DNA of 63,640 nt, counting the filler, from Reticulomyxa filosa (lineage: Eukaryota > Protista > Foraminifera): assembly GCA_000512085.1 (NCBI GenBank). It is 15 parts of 15 records of this genome, joined end to end, with 100 filler letters (N's around TTAATTAATTAA, not from the genome) between each part and the next. Parts side by side here need not be neighbours in the genome. Positions count along the whole stretch, not along the records: positions 43,869 to 52,367 come from ASPP01014588.1; positions 52,468 to 54,185 come from ASPP01045636.1; positions 54,286 to 55,315 come from ASPP01049839.1; positions 55,416 to 57,035 come from ASPP01029696.1; positions 57,136 to 58,856 come from ASPP01005225.1; positions 58,957 to 63,640 come from ASPP01049366.1; 9 more parts are not named here. One strand, 5' to 3'. Position numbers and translations under genes: made by a program. Positions 51,009-62,519 of the stretch are shown here, in pieces (position 1 is the stretch's first letter; every line of letters begins with the position of its first letter). Under the pieces are notes generated by a model, which saw nothing but the letters and a program-made list of their open reading frames with translations, had not been told where the DNA came from and ran no database searches.

Positions 51009-52098
51009 TCCCCCACGTAATTTTTCCCACTCAAAATATATATGCTGTTGAATTGCTCCATTCATTTTTGTATTCTTATTGTAAAATGCGTTACAAGCTG
51101 TTTTTTTTACAAGCAAAAACTCGGGAAAACGTAATATTTCAACAAATTAACAGGGCCATACATAAGCTTTTTTGACTGCTCTTGTGAATGTTTGTTTTTA
51201 AATATATTCAACTCTACAGTACCTGAGATATCTAATAATTTCAATTCATGCTCCATCAGGAGTCCACTTGTTTCGTTGTTTTAAATAGTGGATTGAATAC
51301 TTCAGATATGTACAAAAGAGTTTTTTCAATTAAGTTGAAACGAACTTTATTTCCCAAACGTGGTAAGCTGTCTTATAAGATTCTAACTTTCGTTTGTTTG
51401 GAAAAAAAAATAGCAAATGTGTCTATTTTATGTAACAATTCAAGGTACATATTTGTTAATGATAACAACTGACAGGTTAATATTTCTTACTTTAAAAGTA
51501 TCATTTTATTGCTTTCACCCAAATTTAAACTGGCTTTCCATTCTTTATTTTAAAGAGCTTTTTGTTGAAGATCTTATTCCTTTATGATCTTCATTTATTA
51601 AAACAAACAATTTTAGATTACTGGTGAACCTTTTTGTGATCAACTGTAAAAAAACTAAAAATACTATAACATCGATTATTTATGAAAATTTAATTTAAGA
51701 TATATTTTTGCTATTTACTCAAGATTGATTCTAGACTACCATGAAACAGAAGTTATATTTATTATTTCAATATACTTGCCTGCGACACAAGTAAAAGCTT
51801 TAAACTATAGTTTCGATTTCGAAGATAAGTTCACGTATCTATAATCATATTTTTCCGTAATATCTGATGAAATGTTAGCTAATGTACAATTCATTCATGT
51901 CTTAAATTATATGTTTCTTTCAAATTTTATGTTCCACAAACAAATGAGCATAATACGATAATTTGACAATCTTAAGTAAATTTCGAATCATTGATTACAA
52001 ATTAATTTCAAGTCACAAGCTCACATTTTATTGTCCCGTGTGCAATACGGATAATGCTATCTAGAGAAAATTGTATTATACAGTCTTGGTTACTGCTA

Positions 52099-52280
52099 TC
52101 AAACGTTTATCTTTAAAGTACTTGTTACAGTTTCATAAGAAACTATGATTTCACCATCATCATCTAACTCTTTCTTGACGTATTTTGCAGTTTCGCACTT
52201 TCCAGAAACAAGCCATCTCACAATTTTACGCTGAACTCGCAAAGGAATTGCATTTATATATATGGGGGGTCCCGAAAAAT
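52099..52280 (-). mobile_element. Tc1/mariner-like transposase fragment (DNA-binding HTH region only)
   Basis: GPP....IPLRVQRKIVRWLVSGKCETAKYVKKELDDDGEIIVSYETVTSTLK resembles the Tc1 pattern GRP..L..R..R.IVR.......TA......L......VS..TV.R.LK. No DDE domain or TIRs seen. Confidence 0.55.
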
Positions 52281-52367
52281 CACACATGCATAACACTTTT
52301 TTTAATAATTATAATCTTATTTATAATTTAAAAATTATTATATTATTCTTTTTTCATTATATATTTT

Positions 52368-52467
52368 NNNNNNNNNNNNNNNNNNNNNNNNNNNNNNNNN
52401 NNNNNNNNNNNTTAATTAATTAANNNNNNNNNNNNNNNNNNNNNNNNNNNNNNNNNNNNNNNNNNNN
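52368..52467. other. Artificial contig spacer
   Basis: N44-TTAATTAATTAA-N44. Confidence 0.98.
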
Positions 52468-52511
52468 AAAAAAAAAAAAAAAAAAAAAAAACAAAAAAAA
52501 AAAAAAAAAAG

Positions 52512-53234
52512 CTTATTCTTGCAAAAGCTGTTTGATCTTATTCACGTCGCATGCTGAACTTATCTCGCATCGCCTTAACGGCGAATGCCCTCAGTACGCG
52601 ACATTGCAGCATATGTATGCAGAATTGCGCGCGTGTAAAAAGGTGGAGAGAAGCAGCCGTGACAACGGTAATGTCAATGACACTAGGCTGACGTGCGATT
52701 TGTGTGACAAGCGTTTCAATGGCACCATCAGCTTGAAGCGTCATATCAATCGGAGGCATTGTGCAAGATTCATTTGTTTCAAAAATAACAAAAAGCTACT
52801 CTGCACATACGCGGGTTGCAATCAGACCTTTCAAGGCCAATATAACTTCGCTCGTCACGTTGCTGCACGTCATTTGAATTGCACGGACAAAACTAAATAC
52901 CAATGTTCATATTGCAAACATTTGTACCAAACATCCAAGTCCTTGAGTAAGCACTTAAAAGAGGTCCATTCCACCATCAAGCCTTTTTTTTGTGACGTTT
53001 GCTTAAAACAGTTTTCCACGTAATGTTTCATTTTTTATTTTTTTTACTTGAGGAACTTAGTAGTGTCTATCTGTTCTTTTTTTTTGATACAGAAAATACT
53101 CGCTCAAGATGCACGAGCAAATTCACACGCCAAAGAAAGACCGACAAGTACTTATGTGCGAATTGTGTTGTTCCCATTTCCGGTACAAAAGCAATTTGCA
53201 AAGACACTTAAGAAATTTTCATCCTCCCGAGTGA
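52512..53234 (+). CDS. Multi-C2H2 zinc-finger protein, 5' partial
   Basis: CDLC..F...SLKRHINRRH, CTYAGC..F...NFARHVAARH, CSYC..Y...SLSKHLKEVH, CDVC..FST|KYSLKMHEQIH, CELC..F..KSNLQRHLRNFH; TGA 53232-53234. Confidence 0.9.
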
Positions 53235-53508
53235 AAGGGCAATGAGAGTGACTCGTTTTTTGATTTTTTGTTCTTGATGAATTACTTAACAAAATGACCA
53301 CCCGAAAAGTTTTTTGAAAAAGCATAAACGCTGAAAGAGAAAATATGAACAATCTTGGGATTTTGAAATTCCAACAATTAAACGTCGTTCAAGCAGCAAA
53401 CAAAAAAAAAAAATTGACAAGACAAAACAACATAAGTAAAAAAATTCGCTTTACGTAGATTACACATCTTTGAAGATTTACTTTTTATTTTTTTCAATCA
53501 TTTATTTT

Positions 53509-54108
53509 TTAGGCCATACCAGTCATTCTGATGCTATGCCGGACAACAAAGCACTGAACAGCCCAAAACACAGTCTTGGCGTTTTCTGTTTTGACCGCAT
53601 TAGTCACGTGTTCTGTTTTTGGTCAAATAATATCAAAAAAGCAATTTTTTTCTCAAAGATAAAAAAGTTTAAAAAGAAGGTTCTCATGTTGTAGTACATT
53701 AACAAAACTTAAAATGTTTCTGTTCGGCTCAAGCATGTCGACAAACTGCCGTGAAATGAATCCAAGGCCTTCTTCGACAGCAGCTTCAAAATTTCCGTCG
53801 CTGTCTTCAGATGCACTCGGGTCATAGTTTTGACCGTTCCATTGTTCTCCTTGCCATCCTGCTTTCTTGCTGAAGCAAATGGACAAGGATTTTCCATCTC
53901 TTATTCTTTCTCGAAACAGATCTTCTTTATTCAAAAACAATATAAAATCTATAATTTTGAACAACATGTCCCCCCAAAAAAACACACCAAAAGAACAAGT
54001 GATTGACGAGTTGTGTAAAGGAACAAAAACGCACAAGTTCCAACACTCATAACTTGCCTGTTATTCGAAAATATTTACTATTGACAATTTCATGAAACAA
54101 TTCCAAGC
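53509..54108 (-). CDS. Heterotrimeric G-protein alpha subunit, last three exons (5' partial)
   Basis: LELFHEIVNSKYFRIT|DFILFLNKEDLFRERI...LSICF...FISRQF...K|HVTNAVKTENAKTVFWAVQ...IRMTGMA* aligns to the G-alpha G4 (NKxD), G5 and alpha5 helix. Confidence 0.88.
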
Positions 54109-54185
54109 CTTGAAGAGTATTCATGTATGTGTATTTATTGTTGTCATTTTTAAAATACCATCTCCAAAAAAAAAAAAAAAAAAAA

Positions 54186-54285
54186 NNNNNNNNNNNNNNN
54201 NNNNNNNNNNNNNNNNNNNNNNNNNNNNNTTAATTAATTAANNNNNNNNNNNNNNNNNNNNNNNNNNNNNNNNNNNNNNNNNNNN
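54186..54285. other. Artificial contig spacer
   Basis: N44-TTAATTAATTAA-N44. Confidence 0.98.
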
Positions 54286-54287
54286 AC

Positions 54288-54602
54288 ACTTCGCTAAACC
54301 ATATTTTGCTACAGTTCTTATCGGATCATTTGCTGGGTTATTTCACGGAGGACCGCCGAGCAACTGTCCTAACAGATTTAAAAAACGAAACGTTTACTAT
54401 GAAATGCTTTTTATCCTATTCTTTGCTACCTTCGATCTCTCCTGGCGTTGTCTTAACCTTCCAAAAAAGAAAGGCGACTTGTACAGAACACGAGCACTTT
54501 CATAAACAATTGGAAGCGTTAAGTATGAGGTCGGAAGAGAGTTTACTGGAAATGTGTGACTGTGTTGTCAAATTTTCGGAATGTGAATGTTTTGAATTAT
54601 GA
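54288..54602 (+). CDS. Possible coding exon fragment, unknown product
   Basis: Frame open from the contig start, balanced composition; no motif recognised. Confidence 0.3.
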   Translation, partial: TSLNHILLQFLSDHLLGYFTEDRRATVLTDLKNETFTMKCFLSYSLLPSISPGVVLTFQKRKATCTEHEHFHKQLEALSMRSEESLLEMCDCVVKFSECECFEL

Positions 54603-55315
54603 TTTATAGAATATATACGGTTCTTCTTTTTCAAAAGCAGCCTTGTAAAAGATAAGTACTTCATCTGTAAGTGCGAGCAAGATTATATTAATATAGTCCT
54701 TTTAAACAATTTTCAATTAAGCAAAATATATTGTTCGATACAAGGATCAGAATTGTGAAAGAACTAGCTTTTTGCTTGCACAAGGAGATTAATAAAACAT
54801 AAAGTGGTTTCCTTTCTTTTTAGGATGTTGTCTCCTTTAGGGCAATGATCGACTTGTATAAAAAATAATTTATATTTAAAGCTTAGCACAACCGGCAATT
54901 TAAAAGAAAAATGTTAAGAAGGCAAAGCAAAGATTATGATACAATAATTTTTTATTGATTTTTCAAAAACAAAAGATGTGTAAGATGGGGCTGGAAGGAT
55001 TATAGGTAAAACATTGAGTTTAATCGCAGATAAGTTAGCTTCTTAAAACAAAGCTAACTTTATTTTTCTTTTTCCTCCAAATTGATATAATGTAAAAAAA
55101 AATTGCATCCCATCAAAGTAAAAAAGGCCAGCATTGCCAATGTTTATCTGGAGCTTAAAAAATTTTGGCGATCAAGAATAACGAACAGGTGCAAAGGGGT
55201 CTGGCTTTTGTACATATTTACCAAGATTGGGATCTTGATACAAATTTGGTGGAGAGCGCTCCAAGCCCAGTTCGGTCCATACATCTTCCAAACTGGAGAT
55301 TAAGCCCTAAAAAAA

Positions 55316-55415
55316 NNNNNNNNNNNNNNNNNNNNNNNNNNNNNNNNNNNNNNNNNNNNTTAATTAATTAANNNNNNNNNNNNNNNNNNNNNNNNNNNNN
55401 NNNNNNNNNNNNNNN
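55316..55415. other. Artificial contig spacer
   Basis: N44-TTAATTAATTAA-N44. Confidence 0.98.
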
Positions 55416-55469
55416 TTTTTTTTTTTTTGGGAACAAAGTGCAAGTAAGCATTAAAAAAATGAATCACAC

Positions 55470-56656
55470 CTGGTGAAACGCTGCCATCCAAGTATTCCTT
55501 CCACCATTGATATCCTTTCCACGTGATAACCTCGCGATCAAAGATTTGAAAGTGGAGAATCTGCGATTGTGGGATGCTGTCTCCGAAGATGTATTTGTTG
55601 ATGTATGCCTTTCCCAAGTACGAAAAGCTGTTTACAGCGTTGTAATAGCTTCCATTTATCACAAAGCATGCAATCTTTGCTGCGTACTTGTCGTTTGCTG
55701 CCATGGGGGGGGGAGGGAGGTGGTCCCATCATTGGAAATAAACAAACAAACAAATAAAACAATTTGTGGATTAACTTTGATAAAAAGTGAAAGAGAGAAA
55801 GAAAGAAATAAAACTGGAAGTTCCCAATGTGCCAGTAAATTGTCCACTGGAATCAAAAAAGGTATTTGTTTTCGGGCCCCACCACGACCAGACAAAAGAA
55901 AACACTACCACCTGTTTCCAAGACACCCGTCATTTGAATTTACGCGAGCAGTTTTTTTTTTTTTCCTTTGCACGTTTGAAAGACGTATAATTTGGGAATA
56001 TGGTAGGAAAACACATATTAAAATGATAGTGTTCTCCTGCTTCTTCTTAATTCCTACAACAAGAACAAAAAAATAAGCTACTCACAATGTAATTTTCTGG
56101 AGAGGCGAGTTTGGTGACATTTCCGGTCAAAGACGCATTATTGGTTCCATACTGACTCCATTTCACATTGAGCTCAAGGTCATACGCTGGAGCTGCGTTG
56201 TTTTTTTTTTTAAATGTATATATACGTATGTACGTATATATACAAATATGTGCATGTGTAAGTATGTAAAAAAAAACAAGTGAAACCCAACAATGCATAC
56301 CCATGGTTGGGGTGGATGTGGTAGGCCGCGAGGTCGGAAGTTCGGTGGGTTGCTTCGTCGGTGGCTTCGATGGAGGTTTGGTGGGTGGTTTTGATGGGAG
56401 TTTGGTGGGCGGCTTTGTGGGTGGTTTCGATGGGTGTTTCGAGGGTATATTTGAGGGATGTTTCGAGGGTATATTCGAGGGATGTTTCGTCGGTTGTTTG
56501 GACGGGTTTTTGGTCGGATGCGAAGTCGGATGTTTTGTGGGGACCTTTGTTGGTGAAGGTGTTGGAACTAATTGCAACCAATTGTTTTTTTTGTTTTTTT
56601 TGGTAATCGAATTGACGATATAATGCATAAAGACATTTATAAACTAATAAGAATAA

Positions 56657-56687
<31 letters not shown>

Positions 56688-56994
56688 TTAACAGTGAAAA
56701 GTTGCAGGGATGGAGTGACTGCAATTGGTTTGATTCTTGAACAGATCGTGCGGACAGTACACGAAATCAGTAATACAACCTTTTGGTCACTTGCCACTGC
56801 GGCCGACGTTCGGTTCTTGTTCCAAAATATCACATACGGCGCTTCGTAGTTTGGAATTGGGATTCTCGAGCTGTTCGTCAAGTTATAGCTGAAATAATAT
56901 CTCAATGACTGACCACATTCGCGACCATTTGCCCATTTGAACAAGCCACATTGTTTTGTTTGAGAAAATATAATTCTTAACACAGACACAATGA
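55470..56994 (-). CDS. Internal exons of a secreted/cell-surface glycoprotein with PT (PTxx/PSxx) repeat stalk
   Basis: GT-AG-bounded exons with several NxS/T sequons (NLT, NSS, NRT, NAS, NVT, NGS) flanking a PTKHPTSHPTKNPSKQ... exon. Confidence 0.7.
56303..56565 (-). repeat. 12-nt-period coding repeat (P[T/S]xx)n
   Basis: About 20 tetrapeptide units: PTKH, PSNI, PSKP, etc. Confidence 0.85.
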
Positions 56995-57035
56995 CTGGAA
57001 AAAAAAAAAGTATATATATATATATATATTTTTTT

Positions 57036-57135
57036 NNNNNNNNNNNNNNNNNNNNNNNNNNNNNNNNNNNNNNNNNNNNTTAATTAATTAANNNNNNNNN
57101 NNNNNNNNNNNNNNNNNNNNNNNNNNNNNNNNNNN
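57036..57135. other. Artificial contig spacer
   Basis: N44-TTAATTAATTAA-N44. Confidence 0.98.
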
Positions 57136-58856
57136 TTTTTTTTTCTACTTGTGCTTAGTTCGTCCAAATTTTCATATAAAGTATATTACACATAAAAACT
57201 TATTTTCAAATTGTTATACATGTTTTTAATTGTCTTCTCCAAATAATGCAACTAATCGCTCTTATGACCTTTTTTAATTGTTGCCTATGTCTTTTCTAAT
57301 GCGATTTAAATATGAAAAGTAATTGTTAATACTGAACTAAATTGACCTGTTTACATATCTTCGACTTAGATTTTAAAACATTAAAATTCAGAAATTTTTT
57401 TGCGATGAAATAATTTGATGAGAAGGATATCAGGTGAGCTGGAGAATGCATTGAATTATTTTTTAAAAAATCAAAAGAAACAACAATTGAGCAAAAAAAA
57501 CAGAAAAAATTTGAGGCAAGTGTCAAACACTTGCAACTCAACAAACTTGACGTTGTTTGATTTCACTTCACCCTTGCTCGCTGGCACCGCACAACCACAA
57601 CTTTCCAATTGCTCAATAGACAGAGATATTGGATTCTTTGGAGATCTATGTTATATACGTGTGTATCGATCATAAATGTTTTAAGTGTTTTCAAATCACA
57701 TATAATAAAAAAAAAAATATTATAACTTGGAACATAGGTTGCGCAAATAACACGATAAAATCAGCTCACCACTTTCAAATTGCTTGATTCCCTTTCAATC
57801 AATAATGACGTCCATGATTCAACATACTGGATTTCCATCAGCAACAATTCGACTATGATGTTGTCGCCACTTTTTTTATTTTCATGTATTGCAACAACAA
57901 TCGATACTGCTGCTACTGTTGCCGTTGCTATTATTGCTGGGGGGGACTCACTGCAGCATCAATAGCAATGTAAACAGCAACAATTTGTCCATCTGCAATC
58001 CAAAATTCATGTAGTATACGTCCATTTGCATACCTTTAAATACCTATTCAAACATTTCAAGCAAAACATACACATAAATATATAATCAAATATACGTATA
58101 AAGATGTTATGTCGAATATGTACAAAAAAAACCTTTACAAGCAATGGATCCAAGCACGATTATAACATCAGGTAACAGGAAAGAGGACATGCGCACAAAT
58201 GACAACCGAATAAAAGCAACTCTTGGATTCTTGTGTTCAAATGTGCACTTTGATTTCAACGACAATGCTTCCATCAAGTATTCCGTTATTTTGTGCGATT
58301 GAACGGACTTGGAGGAAGCTGGTATCATTGAAATGCTCTCGTCCTCTAGAGCTACCATTTTTTAATTGGCGGTCTTGTCAATGGCAGACCCTTTCTCTAT
58401 CTCTCAAAAATGTCGCCATGGTCACGAAATTGTTCGGTTACCAAAAACCGAATCACTCAGATTCGAAAAGTGAAAGGGGGGGGGGGGGCTCGACCTGCTA
58501 ACACAAAATATTGTGCACATATCCACCCATCAGGGGGCCCATCGCCACTAACACACATGGCCAATATCTAAGCATTTGCCTTGATTCGCCAAATAATTTG
58601 CACGACGCTTGAATCGTCGATCCAATTATCGACTGTCAAGACACTGTTGCCTTTTATGACAAATGGCGCAGCACCAAATCAAAGTCGTTGGAATAAAGCA
58701 GCGGGTACCCAAATAATTGGTATACACAACACCAGTCCAATGTCTTGAAACAATTGCCTAATTTAATAAAAAGAACATGGGCTGAGTGTCGTCATTGTTT
58801 CATCATTGGCACTGTGCGCTTGATATTGTCACAGCCTCCATTGGTGGAGAGGTGGA

Positions 58857-58956
58857 NNNNNNNNNNNNNNNNNNNNNNNNNNNNNNNNNNNNNNNNNNNN
58901 TTAATTAATTAANNNNNNNNNNNNNNNNNNNNNNNNNNNNNNNNNNNNNNNNNNNN
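58857..58956. other. Artificial contig spacer
   Basis: N44-TTAATTAATTAA-N44. Confidence 0.98.
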
Positions 58957-58984
58957 AAAAAAAAAAAAAAAAAAAAAAAAAAAC

Positions 58985-59623
58985 TTGGGGGCATTTCATC
59001 CATAATGACAGGCTCCGGTGTTTGTTCCAAATAACTGGCTTGGATATCACTTGGAGCAGGACTTGGACTGGGACTTGGACTTGGTGGTGGGTACTTGTAC
59101 TCGTCAATATCTGCCAAATTGTCCGGGCCTCGGGCTCCCTCTGTCTCTTTCTTTTCGCATTGTGGTGATCCCAACTCTCTTGATTGTTGACCCTTTTGGT
59201 GTGTTTGGTATATTGCTTATATGTTTATGTCCTAAGGAGAGGGTCTTTTGGTCGAAACTCTCCTTGACACTCTTTTTTTTTTGTTTGTTTTTTTTGAAGT
59301 TGAAATTTAAGTAATAGTGTAGAGTCCATTTTTTTCTTTTTATAAAAAAAAATGAAGCAAACTGTATCCATTTGCGATTGAATTTTTGCGACCAATCTTT
59401 TAGCGGGCAACATATGAGGAGTCTTCTCAAATTGCAACTCGCCACGAATGGCTGGGTCTGGCTCATATCGCTCCATAAATTCTCTTATCAACAAACATTG
59501 CTCTGATACGTCCAACTTTTTCATCTCTTTTTCTAACAAATCTGGAAATACTAAGTATTTTATCACACGGTCTGCAAAGTGAAAAGGAGGTCGCAGAGTG
59601 TCTTTGCGGATTGCTGTTTCCAT
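58985..59623 (-). CDS. Hypothetical protein, 5' exons, Pro/Ser-rich segment; 3' truncated
   Basis: ATG 59623, METAIRKDTLRPPFHFADRVIKYLVFPDLLEKE..., intron, then a second exon reaching [13 protein letters not shown] with one apparent frame break. Confidence 0.5.
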
Positions 59624-60012
59624 TCCTTCCTTTCCTTGTATTTTGTCCTAATAGCCAATAAATTTGAGATGATTGGGATACAATATGCAGGATATGAATA
59701 TTGATTATCTTTTTTATTCGTTGGCGTCGACCTGCACACAAAGCGGTCGAGGTTCGATTTTACTTCAAAATCAAAAATTGTGACTATTTTGCAATTACTT
59801 TGTTTACTTTTTGACTCTGTTTCTGTATGCAATGAAGTTTTTTGTTACGCACACAAATCATTAATGTATGTACTACACAAACTCACAACTTTGCTGTTCG
59901 AACTAAGACTAAATTTGCCTTTCCTTTGTCGCTGCATAGTCGCAACGTCACATTGTTTTTTTTGTGTAGAAAAGGATTTAAGCATAATGTTTCCTAAAAA
60001 AAAAACTTGTCA

Positions 60013-60794
60013 ATGAGAAACCGGGTTGATAAACCAATATATTCAAAAAAGTCACCCTTTCCAAATGCTCACCCCTCAGCAGGAGGCAATGAGTATTCAA
60101 TTGGTGATGCAAAGTCGATATGTTGTATGACAAGTCTGTTGATACTGTTCTTGTTGTTGGTGATGAGCTCAAAAAAGGAGCCCAGCAACTACACATATAG
60201 TGACCACCCTAGCAGCAGTGAGTCATCTGCAATATCAGAATACGCACTGGACTTGACTTCCGACAACTGTACCTGGAGCACTCATAAGTTTCCAGGAACA
60301 TGCTTCGGATTGAACCGCGTGGACGCAAGTGATGGGAGTGTATCAGATGCGAATGATTGCAAAAACCGTTGCTGCAAAGATCCCAATTGCAAGACGTGGC
60401 AATACCATATCAAAAAGGGATGTTTTAATGGGGGAGATGTGAGATTAGGATTGGAGGATCGAAGCACCGACAACTGGTGCGAGCCCATAGCACCAAAGAA
60501 TGGCAAGGGTCGAAGCTACTTCAAAGGGGGGTAGTCTCTGCCACCAATCAGACCACGTGTGAATTTGACGATGGGCAACCATTGAAGTATCAATGCTTTG
60601 GTCTCGGACCTGAGATCAAAACTACACCATCCATTCAGTCTGCCGCCGAATGTGCCAAATATTGCTGTGAGAGCACTCATAAAAAGTGCGAAATTTGGCA
60701 ATTCCGCGAGGACAAGGGCTGCTTCATTGGCAAAAATGGATATTGTGATAATGATAACTTGCCTTATGTTGGTGGCCGCAAGGCTGACCGTTGA
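60013..60794 (+). CDS. Signal-anchored protein with two tandem Cys-rich PAN/Apple-like domains (intronless)
   Basis: Hydrophobic anchor SLLILFLLLVM. Duplicated module CFGL...S...C...CC....C..WQ[YF]...KGCF.G in ORFs 60007-60534 and 60477-60794, joined by a -1 break at 60495-60497. Confidence 0.75.
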
Positions 60795-61175
60795 TACTTT
60801 GCCACTTCCGTCCGCACAAAAATCAAATTGCTCACATTTTCATTTCTAAACTTTTTTTTCTCTTTTTGTATAAGATGCATTTCGTCGCTTTTACATTCAT
60901 TGTTTTGATCGTTCATTTTTGTTAGCAATGAAATGAAACCTATTTGATCGAAGTAATTTAACAAAAAAAAATCATCTTTTTTTTTGAGCATGGTTCTCCT
61001 TTTTATTCGCAAAATTAGCAAAATCAGAAGGAGGGAGAGTGTAGCGTAGAAAGTTACAACCAGTTCTTTGTGAATGAAGAAGAGGGGAGAATCCAAAGGA
61101 TAATTTTTTTTTAATTTTTGTTTTTATTGTTTGTTTTATTTCTTTCTATTGGTTAAAGCTCCAAAAAAAAAAGAA

Positions 61176-62519
<1,344 letters not shown>

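Noticed and set aside
52512-53234. Naming the C2H2 protein TFIIIA
   Set aside because: HX4H spacing is suggestive, but the gene is partial and the linkers are not diagnostic.
58740-58830. QLPNLIK/EHGLSVVIVSSLAL as a RecQ helicase motif Ia relic
   Set aside because: Needs a frameshift, has no Walker A upstream, and is too short to support.
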